Source: an uncultured Eubacteriales bacterium (lineage in GTDB: Bacteria > Bacillota > Clostridia > Oscillospirales > CAG-272). From it: 64,000 nucleotides of DNA. Made by a program: the position numbers and the translations under genes. Each line of letters starts with the position of its first letter. Within the stretch, counting starts at the first letter, position 1. Shown piece after piece: positions 36,224 to 45,021 of the stretch. Under the pieces are notes generated by a model, which worked only from the letters and a program-made list of their open reading frames with translations, was not told the origin of the DNA and searched no databases. The stretch is from positions 1,298 through 65,297 of the forward strand of contig CAKSQF010000002.1 of the NCBI GenBank assembly GCA_934486825.1, read 5' to 3'.

Positions 36224-36736
36224 ATGCTTTCGGATAAAGACAGAACAAGGCGGACGGTTTGCGTCGGTCTGCTTTCAACATTTGCATTGATGCTTTCCTA
36301 TATCGAAGGTATCCTGCCGCTTGATTTCGGTATCCGCGGATTCAGAATAGGACTTGCCAATATCGCGGTCGTGACAGCACTTTATACGGTCGGGGCGGGC
36401 AGTGCTTTTGCGGTTAACGGTATACGGATAGTGCTTGCGGCTCTGCTTTTCGGAACGCCGATCTCGTTTTTGTATTCGGTATCCGGAGGTGTAGTGTCGC
36501 TTGCGGTCATGATATTCATGAAAAAGGTCTGCGGGTGCAAAACAGTGGGTTGTTCGGTGGCGGGAGGCGTGTTCCATAATCTTGCACAGCTTTGTGTTGC
36601 CTGCCTTTTTACAAAAACAGTGAAAATAATATATCTGCTTCCCTTAATGCTTGTTTTCGGGATCGTTACCGGACTTGTCGTCGCACTCACATCCGGACTT
36701 CTGATTTCAAGGCTCGGAGACATGCTGAAAAGGTAA
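36224..36736 (+). CDS. Gx transporter family protein (Hpre_diP_synt_I-like membrane protein)
   Basis: LLSTFALMLSYIEGILPLDFGIRGFRIGLANIAVVTALY...GVFHNLAQL; 5 TM helices. Confidence 0.65.
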   Translation: MLSDKDRTRRTVCVGLLSTFALMLSYIEGILPLDFGIRGFRIGLANIAVVTALYTVGAGSAFAVNGIRIVLAALLFGTPISFLYSVSGGVVSLAVMIFMKKVCGCKTVGCSVAGGVFHNLAQLCVACLFTKTVKIIYLLPLMLVFGIVTGLVVALTSGLLISRLGDMLKR

Positions 36737-36852
36737 ACAAAGTTCGACAAAATTGTGATTATTTCATTGACAAAACAATAACCGTATGCTATAATGTAGA
36801 GCATCAGTATGAACTATATTATCGGTGCATTTGAGCCTGAAAGGAATATATA

Positions 36853-37398
36853 ATGAGCAAAATTCATCCCGACGTTGAACGCATTATGTACGGAGAAGAT
36901 CGGATAAAAGAGCGTATACACACCCTTGCAAAAGAGATAAAAAAAGAATATGCCGACAAGGAGCCTGTTTTTGTCGCCATACTTAAAGGCAGTATAATGT
37001 TTTTTGCCGATCTGACACGCGAATTTGATTTTCCGATGACAATGGATTTTATGTCGGTTTCGTCATACGGGTCGGGTACAGTTTCGAGAGAGCTGGTTTT
37101 CAGAAAGGATCTTGACTACCCGATAGAAGGGAAGAATGTCGTACTTGTCGAGGATATAATCGATACCGGAAATACTCTCTATGTTCTGAGAAAGAAGCTG
37201 CTTGAAAGAAATCCCGCATCTCTCAAGATCATAGCGCTCCTTGATAAGAAAGCGCGCCGTGAGGCTGATATTGAAGCGGATTACGTGGGATTCCCGTGCG
37301 AGGATGAGTTTGTTGTCGGATACGGTCTTGACTATGATGAAAGATACCGCGAGCTTCCGTATGTCGGCGTTCTGCGCAGATCAATTTACGAAAAATAA
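36853..37398 (+). CDS. hpt: Hypoxanthine phosphoribosyltransferase
   Basis: ILKGSIMFFADLTREF......DFMSVSSYG and the PRPP loop VVLVEDIIDTGNTL. Confidence 0.9.
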   Translation: MSKIHPDVERIMYGEDRIKERIHTLAKEIKKEYADKEPVFVAILKGSIMFFADLTREFDFPMTMDFMSVSSYGSGTVSRELVFRKDLDYPIEGKNVVLVEDIIDTGNTLYVLRKKLLERNPASLKIIALLDKKARREADIEADYVGFPCEDEFVVGYGLDYDERYRELPYVGVLRRSIYEK

Positions 37399-37400
37399 AA

Positions 37401-37433
37401 AATCGGACGGTTTACAAAAACCGTCCGATTTTT
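37401..37433. terminator. Bidirectional terminator
   Basis: AATCGGACGG/CCGTCCGATT stem flanked by A/T runs. Confidence 0.8.
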
Positions 37434-37441
37434 CGGTCCGC

Positions 37442-38065
37442 TCAGGATAGTTTATACTCAAGAAATGTTCTGATAAGCTTTACTGCACCGTCAATGCCGA
37501 CCTTCGATGTGGACAGGCACAGATCGTAAACCTTTGCGTCTCCCCATTTCCTGCCGGTGGTTGAATTGTAGAAGGACGCTCTGCTCCTGTCAATCTTCTT
37601 TATCATGTCTGCCGCATTTTTGTCGGTTATGCTGTACTGTCTTTTTACGCGGTCGATTCTGAATTCATCACTTGCCGAGATGAAGACCGATGTCAGATCG
37701 CACAGTCCGTCAAGGAAGAAATCGGCGCATCTGCCGACCATAACACAGTTTCCTTTTGCGGCAAGGCTCTTTATTGCGTTGACCTGCGCAATGTAAAGCT
37801 GTGTCCCGATAGTGTGTTCGGTGCCGGACGAAATATGACTTCCGTAATAGCTTGCTCCGGTTGCAAGGGTGTAGAGAAGCGAGGATGTGCGTTTTTCGTC
37901 GTTGCGCTTCAGAATATCGATGTGTATTCCGCTCTGCTCGGCGGCATGTGTCAGAATCTCCTTGTCATAAAACTCATAGCCGAGTTCTTCGGCGAGCTGT
38001 TTTCCGACATCGAAGCCCCCACTGCCAAATTGCCGCCCGATAGTTATGACCTTGTTGTTCTGCAT
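37442..38065 (-). CDS. Cytidylate kinase-like family protein (P-loop)
   Basis: VITIGRQFGSGGFDVGKQLAEELGYEFYDKEIL, typical of the family; 207 aa. Confidence 0.7.
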   Translation of the reverse strand: MQNNKVITIGRQFGSGGFDVGKQLAEELGYEFYDKEILTHAAEQSGIHIDILKRNDEKRTSSLLYTLATGASYYGSHISSGTEHTIGTQLYIAQVNAIKSLAAKGNCVMVGRCADFFLDGLCDLTSVFISASDEFRIDRVKRQYSITDKNAADMIKKIDRSRASFYNSTTGRKWGDAKVYDLCLSTSKVGIDGAVKLIRTFLEYKLS

Positions 38066-38307
38066 TTTTATGCCTGCCTTTCATAAAAATCTATTTGTAT
38101 ATATATTATACACTATCTGCGGGCGCTTGTCAACCGCTGTGAAAGGTGATTTTTGCCGGGAAGAGTTTTTTTTGAAAAAAACTCTTCTGACCGTCAATAC
38201 GTAATCTTTTGTTCATAAATTTATGATATAATCAGACAGTAGCCGTTTTTGTTTCGGATCAAATTTGGCGGAAGGAACATCCCGATGTGTCGGGAGCCCG
38301 TTATTTT

Positions 38308-40104
38308 ATGAAAAAAACATTTTTTGCGGTATCGGCAGCACTTGCTGTCGTTATGTGCCTGCTTTCGCTTGCAGGATGTCTTTATGTGAATGAGCGTGCC
38401 GAATTCGCCGATGCGAATGTGTCGGACGCATGTGCGGATGTTCCCGCACTGTCGCAGGGAGCCGTTCCTGCGACCGGCAGTCTGTATATTGGCAGACCCG
38501 ACGTCGGTCAATATGTGTTTCTCTCGCAGAAGAGTACAGGAGATGTCAGAGACGCAGTTTATAAAGCGCTGTTGAATGTTGAAGCAACCTGCGATATATC
38601 ATCGTATGCAGTCGATCGCAATAACATCGGGGCTGTCTACTCAGAGATAATCAACAGCAGTCCCGAGTTGTTCTATGTGACCGGGAAACTGCGCTATACA
38701 TACAATAAACAGACGAACTGTATATTGATCCTGACCTTCGAATATTCGATGACTCCCGCCGAAATCGCGACGGCAAAATCGGAATATGAGGATTTTCTTG
38801 ACCGTATAGTATCGACTGTTCCCGATAATATGACCTCGGGATTCGATATAGCGCTGTTTGTGCATGATTACATCTGTATCAATTTTGAATACGACAGCGA
38901 ACAGAAGATTGCCGACGCGTACGGATTTTTCAAAAACGGCAAGGGCGTGTGCCAGTCTTATACGCTTGCATATATGGCTGTGCTCAGAAGATTCGATATC
39001 GATGTGGGATATGCTTCGTCGGTAACAATGAATCATATCTGGAATACCGTAAGCATAGACGGCAAGTGGTATCATGTTGATGTAACATGGGACGACCCGC
39101 TGGATAAGAACTGCGGAGATGTTCCCGGAAGAGCGCGCCATGATAATTTTCTCTGTTCGGATGAAGCAATGATAAAGAACGGACACAGTGATTGGTCGTC
39201 GGTCAGGTGTACCGATACACGGTTTGATACCGATGTGCTTGACGGCGTGAGAACCGCATTCGCTTTTCTTGACGGAAGCTGGTATACCGTAAGTTATGTT
39301 GACAGCAGTATTTATCGTATGAATACCGAAAGCTTTGAGCTTACAAAAGTTCTGACGGTTTCTCAGTCGTGGCCCGTAAACGGAAACATAGAAGAGGGAT
39401 ATTATACCGAAAAATATTCGAATATATGTACATTCGGAGACGAGCTCTGTTTCACTACAAGCCGCAGTATATTCGCGTTTGACCCGATAAACATGATACA
39501 CAGTCTTCTTTATACGTATACCGGTGACGAAGGATGTATTTATTCGCTGAAAACGGAGGGAGAGTCTCTGATATACACGGTGGCAAAGACACCGTATGCG
39601 AAAGAACGATCGGTAAGAACCTTTACGCGTGAGGAAAAGCCGCCCGAACCGGGAACAAAGTATATGTCGCTCGATTGCGGTGATGAAACGGCAAGATCGA
39701 TTTTTTCGGTAAATCAGAAGAACGGCAGAACCGATATGAGGCTTGTCATGATCGGTAATCTGTCGAAGCTGACCGATTACAGAAGCTGGGTGCTGAAAAT
39801 ATCGTTTGAGAGCGACGGAGTGACCGTCAGGGATTTCGTGCGTTATTTTGAAGGTGAAGGGGATCTGCTCTGCCTTTATGCGGCTGTCAATGCCGGGAAC
39901 GATTACTATTCCGCGGCAGAGGGATATTGCCTTTTCGGTGTGTCGATCAAAGGGATACCGGATAACGAATGGCAGAGCGTGATTATTACGCTGTCGGCTG
40001 ACGGCGATACCGAGCCGATTATCGAAAGCAGGGTAGAAAATTCTGATATCAATATGTCTGCAAAGCCGACAGATCCGGAAACAGTTCCCGAAGAAAATAT
40101 CTGA
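38308..40104 (+). CDS. Transglutaminase-like (cysteine protease fold) lipoprotein
   Basis: Lipobox LSLAGC. The core is GKGVCQSYTLAYMAVLRRFDI...MNHIWNTVSIDGKWYHVDVTWDD (Cys/His/Asp). A large unassigned C-terminal region follows. Confidence 0.7.
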   Translation: MKKTFFAVSAALAVVMCLLSLAGCLYVNERAEFADANVSDACADVPALSQGAVPATGSLYIGRPDVGQYVFLSQKSTGDVRDAVYKALLNVEATCDISSYAVDRNNIGAVYSEIINSSPELFYVTGKLRYTYNKQTNCILILTFEYSMTPAEIATAKSEYEDFLDRIVSTVPDNMTSGFDIALFVHDYICINFEYDSEQKIADAYGFFKNGKGVCQSYTLAYMAVLRRFDIDVGYASSVTMNHIWNTVSIDGKWYHVDVTWDDPLDKNCGDVPGRARHDNFLCSDEAMIKNGHSDWSSVRCTDTRFDTDVLDGVRTAFAFLDGSWYTVSYVDSSIYRMNTESFELTKVLTVSQSWPVNGNIEEGYYTEKYSNICTFGDELCFTTSRSIFAFDPINMIHSLLYTYTGDEGCIYSLKTEGESLIYTVAKTPYAKERSVRTFTREEKPPEPGTKYMSLDCGDETARSIFSVNQKNGRTDMRLVMIGNLSKLTDYRSWVLKISFESDGVTVRDFVRYFEGEGDLLCLYAAVNAGNDYYSAAEGYCLFGVSIKGIPDNEWQSVIITLSADGDTEPIIESRVENSDINMSAKPTDPETVPEENI

Positions 40105-40112
40105 TTAAAAAA

Positions 40113-40143
40113 GCGCCGCCGTGTCAAACGGCGGCATTTTTTT
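40113..40143. terminator. Bidirectional terminator
   Basis: GCCGCCGT/ACGGCGGC stem followed by ATTTTTTT, with AAAAAA upstream. Confidence 0.75.
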
Positions 40144-40149
40144 GCGCTC

Positions 40150-40476
40150 TTATTTTGCGAGTGCATTGTCGATCATGGATACTATCTCTTCTTTTTCACG
40201 ATAGCCGACCGAACTTGCAACAGGCTCCCCGTTTCTGAACAGAACAAGCATCGGAATGCTTGAAACTCCGTATTTCAGAGCAAGCTTCATCTGCTCGTCA
40301 ACATTGACTTTTCCGACCGTCAGCCTGTCGGACATTTCTTCGGCAATCGCGGCAATCGTCGGAGTGAGCATTTTGCACGGACCGCACCAGTCTGCGTAAA
40401 AATCGACAAGTACCGGCTTGTCCGATCTTTCAACCTCCTGCCCGAAATTGGATTCGGTAATTATAAGCTCCTTCAT
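40150..40476 (-). CDS. trxA: Thioredoxin
   Basis: VLVDFYADWCGPCKMLTP...GVSSIPMLVLF; 108 aa. Confidence 0.9.
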   Translation of the reverse strand: MKELIITESNFGQEVERSDKPVLVDFYADWCGPCKMLTPTIAAIAEEMSDRLTVGKVNVDEQMKLALKYGVSSIPMLVLFRNGEPVASSVGYREKEEIVSMIDNALAK

Positions 40477-40506
40477 GTTGTTTTGCGTCCTTTCTTTGTT
40501 TTTGAT

Positions 40507-40710
40507 TCAGTCATCAAGCGATTTGTAGTAGAGCATGCAGTGGCAATATCCTTCAAATGTCGGATCGTTTATCTGCTCTCTGAATTCGCGGCATATGCAT
40601 CTTGTGTCCTCGGTTCGCTCAAGACGACAGGGGCAATATCCTCCCGTGCGTTTCAGCCCTTCCCGAACCGTTTCCACTACCGCTTGGTTTTTGTTGAATG
40701 TTACTTTCAT
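40507..40710 (-). CDS. Ferredoxin-thioredoxin reductase catalytic-subunit-like small protein
   Basis: 67 aa carrying GGYCPCRLE...CIC......EGYCHCMLYYK, a CPC/CxC/CHC cysteine pattern reminiscent of FTR-beta. It lies 30 nt upstream of trxA on the same strand. Confidence 0.6.
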   Translation of the reverse strand: MKVTFNKNQAVVETVREGLKRTGGYCPCRLERTEDTRCICREFREQINDPTFEGYCHCMLYYKSLDD

Positions 40711-40759
40711 TTTTGTAATTGTTGCCCCCTTTGCACCTTGTTAAACCTCTGCCTTCTGT

Positions 40760-40788
40760 ATTATAGCACACTTTCGACCGCAAATCAA
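40760..40788 (-). promoter_or_regulatory. Sigma-A-type promoter (extended -10) of the FTR-like/trxA pair
   Basis: The minus strand has TTGATT-17 nt-(TGc)TATAAT. Confidence 0.55.
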
Positions 40789-40824
40789 GTCCCAAAGGTG
40801 TTTTTGACTTTTTTTCGGACATCC

Positions 40825-40840
40825 GGTGAAATATTTCACC
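40825..40840. promoter_or_regulatory. Perfect 16-bp palindrome, Rex- or Crp/Fnr-like operator candidate
   Basis: GGTGAAATATTTCACC, which has the GTGAA-N4-TTCAC core. It overlaps a possible plus-strand promoter (TTCACC-17 nt-TATCAT). Confidence 0.45.
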
Positions 40841-40904
40841 CCGCAGGGACTGCCGCATATCATGATATAAACGGTTATGATATAAAATGTAAAGGATGTA
40901 ATAA

Positions 40905-41126
40905 GTGATGAAAAAAAGCATGCTGACAATGAAATCGATGACAACGGCAATTCACGCAACAAAAATACTTGAAGCAAACGGAATACCGACTGCTGTTATC
41001 AGACTGCCGCCGGAACTCAGCGTAAACGGCTGCGCATACGGTATAGAGGTTGCGCCCGCCTATGCCGACCGCGCGGTTCATATATTGCGTGTGTCCGACA
41101 TATCATACGGAAGACTGATAAAATAA
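40905..41126 (+). CDS. DUF3343 domain protein (putative Se/S carrier-like)
   Basis: About 72 aa: FKSMTTAIHATKILEANGIPTAVIRLPPELSVNGCAYGIEV......A..IL, matching the DUF3343 layout with its conserved Cys. Confidence 0.55.
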   Translation: MMKKSMLTMKSMTTAIHATKILEANGIPTAVIRLPPELSVNGCAYGIEVAPAYADRAVHILRVSDISYGRLIK

Positions 41127-41157
41127 TTATTACCGAAGACAGACCGGAGGAGATCTG

Positions 41158-42300
41158 ATGCACTATCTTGATAACGCCGCAACAACATATCCGAAGCCGG
41201 AGGAGGTATACCGGCAGGCTGAACTCGCTATGCGCCAATGCGGGGGAAATCCGGGTCGCGGAATACATCCGCAGGCGCTCGCCTCGGTGCGGGCGGTTTT
41301 TGATACACGGGAAAAAATAGCCGATATGTTCGGCGGTACCCCGGAAAGGGTGGTTTTCGTCCCGAATGCGACATACGCGCTGAATCTGTCGATAAAGGGG
41401 CTCTTTGTATGGAATGAGGGTCATATACTCATATCGGATATGGAGCATAACAGCGTAAGAAGACCGGTTGAAGCCCTTTGCCGTGAAAGCGGCGGAAAAA
41501 TACGTTATGATACATTTTCGGTTCGGGGGAGAAGTGAGGATGTACTTGCGGGTATAAGATCAAAGCTGAGACCCGATACAAGGATGGCGGTTGTATGCCA
41601 CAGATCGAATGTCGCACCGATTACCCTGCCGATAAAGGAGATAGGCAGGCTGTGCCATGACAGGGGCATAAGATTTGTGGTTGACGCATCGCAGTCGGCA
41701 GGCTCGCTGCGGATTAGTTTACCATCGTGTAATATTGATGCGCTCTGTGCACCGGGACATAAGGGACTCTTCGGTCTGATGGGATCCGGATTCGCGCTTT
41801 TTTCCGATAAGGTGGATCAGTCGGAGATCAGAACCGTGGTCGAAGGAGGAAGCGGTCTTTCATCGGTCGATCCCGGGATGCCGACCGTCCTTCCGGAACG
41901 GCTTGAGGCGGGAACTGTCGCAGTGCCGGCTATATCCTCGCTTTCCGCAGGTATCGACTACGTGAACAGAGTCGGGCTTGACAGGATAGCTGCATACGAA
42001 AGCGGTCTGCTTTTAAGAGCGCAGGAAATGCTTCTTTCGATGCGTGATGTCATCGTTTACGGTCCGATAGGTAATGCAGGGTCGGCATTTATGTTCAATG
42101 TCGGTTCAAAACCGCCGTCGGAGGTGGCGGCAGCTCTCGGAGAAAAAGGGATCTGCGTGCGTGCGGGACTTCATTGCTCTCCGCTTGCACATAAGCTTCT
42201 TGCAACTCCGAAGGGAGGCGCCGTGCGGGTATCGTTTTCTCCGCTTAACGATCTTTCCGACTGTGAGGCGCTGTATAAAGCCGTCCGTGAGGTAAAATAA
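41158..42300 (+). CDS. Cysteine desulfurase family protein (class V aminotransferase fold)
   Basis: YLDNAATTYPKP, PLP-lysine region APGHKGLFG and active-site Cys region RAGLHCSPLAH. Confidence 0.75.
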   Translation: MHYLDNAATTYPKPEEVYRQAELAMRQCGGNPGRGIHPQALASVRAVFDTREKIADMFGGTPERVVFVPNATYALNLSIKGLFVWNEGHILISDMEHNSVRRPVEALCRESGGKIRYDTFSVRGRSEDVLAGIRSKLRPDTRMAVVCHRSNVAPITLPIKEIGRLCHDRGIRFVVDASQSAGSLRISLPSCNIDALCAPGHKGLFGLMGSGFALFSDKVDQSEIRTVVEGGSGLSSVDPGMPTVLPERLEAGTVAVPAISSLSAGIDYVNRVGLDRIAAYESGLLLRAQEMLLSMRDVIVYGPIGNAGSAFMFNVGSKPPSEVAAALGEKGICVRAGLHCSPLAHKLLATPKGGAVRVSFSPLNDLSDCEALYKAVREVK

Positions 42301-42335
42301 AAAAATTACCGACAGAAATGTCGGTAAAATTTTTG
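42301..42335. terminator. Bidirectional terminator
   Basis: TTACCGACA/TGTCGGTAA stem flanked by AAAAA and TTTTT. Confidence 0.75.
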
Positions 42336-42339
42336 TGTG

Positions 42340-43947
42340 TCAGTCCTGCTTTTCGCTCTTTTTGCCGCGCCTTATCCGAATAAATTTTGATGCCGCCTCA
42401 TAAAAAACGAATATAAAAGCAAGAGAAATAATTATGTTTCCCGTATACGAAAACAAGGTGCGCTCACTTCTGAAAACCGCAGTGCCGGTAACATAGCCTT
42501 CCTTGAGCGGTCCAAGCTCACTTTCGGTGCGACCGAGCGGGTCGATTATTGACGAAACTCCGGTGTTCGCCGCACGGAGTATGTATCTGCCCGATTCGAC
42601 GGCACGAAGCCTTGCATGATCGTTGTGAATGTATACGGCAGGGGAATCAAGATACCATGAGTCATTGGTTGACAGAATAAGCATCTGCGCGCCGTCGGCG
42701 ACGCTTTGCCTTGTTAGACCGTCATAGATTGAGTCAAAACAGATCAGACGACCGATCTTTCCCCCGTTTGCTTCGGTAATGCATGAACCCTTTCCGGGCG
42801 TAATCGGATCACTGAAAAGATTCATGTCGGACAGAAACGGAAGAACCTTTGTAAGCAGTGACTCCATCGGCATAAATTCGCCGAAGGGTACAAGGCGCCG
42901 CTTGCTGTAAGGGTTTTCCTCAATACTGCCGTCACTGTAAAAAGCCACGATCGAGTTGAAGGAGTTTTCGTCCGCATCCTGCGTAAAGGTCCCGACAAAG
43001 AGGGTTACCCCGCGGCTGACCGCGAAATCGCAGAAACGGTCTTTTATGTCGGTATCATCCCATGATAAAAAATCAAAATTTATCGCGGTTTCGGCAAAGA
43101 CGACCATTGATGCGCCGCTTTCGTCGATCGCCTGCCCGGCAAGCGCAAGATGTCTGTTGACAATCTCGGCGAACCTGTTTTCGGTCGTGTCCGACCATTT
43201 GTCGTCCGAGCCGATATTTGCCTGAATGAGCGCGACTCTGACCTCTGTCTGATCCTTTTTGGTGTAGGTTCCCATCCTGATAAGACCGAAACCTATGTTT
43301 GCGCCGATAAGCGCTATGGCGATTATCGGGTACAGCCTGACGGCAAACGAATCTCTCCCGTATTTGCGGCAGTAAAAGAGCGCAAGTCCGATGCATGCTC
43401 CGGTAAATGCGGGAATGAATGAAAGAAACAGCGATCCGAGAACCGAAGCTGATTGCATTGCCGGGATAAACGACGTTTGCGATATTGCAAGTCTGAGAAA
43501 AGGAACCCCCGCCCACGTGAAATTCTGTAACCACTCAAATATTATGTATAGACAGGCAAAAAGAAGCGGAGACAGCGGGCGGTGCCTGCATGTGAGTCTG
43601 AATAAGGGAGCGATTGCGGCGTTCGGAACCGATTGAAGAAGGGACAGTCCGAACTGACAGAAAATAACGGTGAAAAAAGCCGCGACCTTACCTATTTCCA
43701 TAAATTCAAGCGGATACATCGCCAGAAAGAATGAGTATACCGTAAGGCAGTAGGACATCGACCAAAGCAGCCCGTATGCGTACAATTTGCCGTATGACAT
43801 TTTTTCATCGGTGAATGTCAGCAGCAGGAAGAAAAACGGTGCGACCGAGACATATGAAAGAGGGTAGAGAAGATCAATCTGAAGAGTGAGCGCCGTAACA
43901 GCGCCGCTTGCGGCAATCACCGCAAAGCGTACGAGCCTTTTTTTCAT
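42340..43947 (-). CDS. lnt: Apolipoprotein N-acyltransferase
   Basis: About 7 N-terminal TM helices and a CN-hydrolase domain with the E/K/C triad contexts VVFAETA, KRRLVPFGEFMP and LICFDSIY. Confidence 0.75.
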   Translation of the reverse strand: MKKRLVRFAVIAASGAVTALTLQIDLLYPLSYVSVAPFFFLLLTFTDEKMSYGKLYAYGLLWSMSYCLTVYSFFLAMYPLEFMEIGKVAAFFTVIFCQFGLSLLQSVPNAAIAPLFRLTCRHRPLSPLLFACLYIIFEWLQNFTWAGVPFLRLAISQTSFIPAMQSASVLGSLFLSFIPAFTGACIGLALFYCRKYGRDSFAVRLYPIIAIALIGANIGFGLIRMGTYTKKDQTEVRVALIQANIGSDDKWSDTTENRFAEIVNRHLALAGQAIDESGASMVVFAETAINFDFLSWDDTDIKDRFCDFAVSRGVTLFVGTFTQDADENSFNSIVAFYSDGSIEENPYSKRRLVPFGEFMPMESLLTKVLPFLSDMNLFSDPITPGKGSCITEANGGKIGRLICFDSIYDGLTRQSVADGAQMLILSTNDSWYLDSPAVYIHNDHARLRAVESGRYILRAANTGVSSIIDPLGRTESELGPLKEGYVTGTAVFRSERTLFSYTGNIIISLAFIFVFYEAASKFIRIRRGKKSEKQD

Positions 43948-44954
43948 GAACGGCTCCTTTCGTTTGCGGTATCGGTCGGAATTACGGCATCCGGAAAAAG
44001 TCTGAGAAAGGCGATCCTGTCCGTGTCAACGGTAAAGCTCTTTTTGTTGAGATATGAAAGTATACCACCGTCGCCGTTAAAATCAAAGCAAAGCCTGTAT
44101 GAGCAGAGCGCCTGATGGGAAAAACCGAGCGCACGGTTCTGCCGGTTGATTCCGTATTTTCCGTCACCGAGAAGAGGATGCCCGACCGACGCAAGATGTG
44201 CACGTATCTGATGTGTGCGTCCGGTAATCAGTTCAACACAAAGAAGGGACAGATCGCCGCTTTCGGCAATAACACGGTAGTCGGTTATCATGGTCTTTAC
44301 GTCTCTGCCCGGATGTCCGGAGTTACAGACGTACACACGTTTTTCGATGCTGTCCTTCCGCATGTAGCCTGTCAGCCTGTCCGCCTTTTTTTCAAATATC
44401 CCGTGGCAGACACAGAGGTAATATTTTTTTATCTCGCGGTTTCTGACCTTTTCGTTCATTATCCGCAGTGCCTCGGCGTTTTTTGCGGCAATCACGATCC
44501 CGGCAGTGTTTCTGTCAATGCGGTTGCACAGCGCGGGCGTAAATGACTGCTCTTTTTCGGGATCATATTCTCCCTTGCGGTAAAGATATGCCTTTATGTG
44601 TGAGATCAGAGTGTTGCTTTCGTCCCCGCTTTCATCCTCGTGAACAACCATCCCCGCGGGCTTGTTGCAAAGGAGAATGTTTTCGTCCTCGTAAACGATG
44701 TCGAGCGACGGTCTGAGCTTCATGAACGAATCTGATGAGGTTTCGTCCGAAAAAAATTCTTCGCTTATGAAAAGCTGAAGAGTGTCTCCCTCGGAAAGGA
44801 TGTATGACGGATCGGAGCGCTTGCGGTTGACCTTGATCTTCTTGGTTCTGATCGATTTGTACATAAGGGACATAGGAAGGCTCTTTACAGCCTTTGTAAG
44901 AAACTTATCAAGACGCTGTCCCGCATCGTTTCGCTCTATTGTTAATTCTCTCAT
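43944..44954 (-). CDS. RluA family pseudouridine synthase (RluC/RluD-like, S4 domain)
   Basis: QRLDKFL....S...MYKSIRTKKIKVN, LCNRIDRNTAGIVIAAK and HQIRAHLASVGHPLLGDGKYG. Confidence 0.8.
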   Translation of the reverse strand: MRELTIERNDAGQRLDKFLTKAVKSLPMSLMYKSIRTKKIKVNRKRSDPSYILSEGDTLQLFISEEFFSDETSSDSFMKLRPSLDIVYEDENILLCNKPAGMVVHEDESGDESNTLISHIKAYLYRKGEYDPEKEQSFTPALCNRIDRNTAGIVIAAKNAEALRIMNEKVRNREIKKYYLCVCHGIFEKKADRLTGYMRKDSIEKRVYVCNSGHPGRDVKTMITDYRVIAESGDLSLLCVELITGRTHQIRAHLASVGHPLLGDGKYGINRQNRALGFSHQALCSYRLCFDFNGDGGILSYLNKKSFTVDTDRIAFLRLFPDAVIPTDTANERSRS

Positions 44955-44986
44955 GGCATATTACCTCATTTAAAGATAAAACAGAG

Positions 44987-45015
44987 CAGGCAGACGGGGA
45001 AATACCGTCTGCCTG
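44987..45015 (-). terminator. Terminator after murA
   Basis: 11-bp stem CAGGCAGACGG/CCGTCTGCCTG with a U-rich tract on the minus strand. Confidence 0.65.
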
Positions 45016-45021
45016 AGAATT

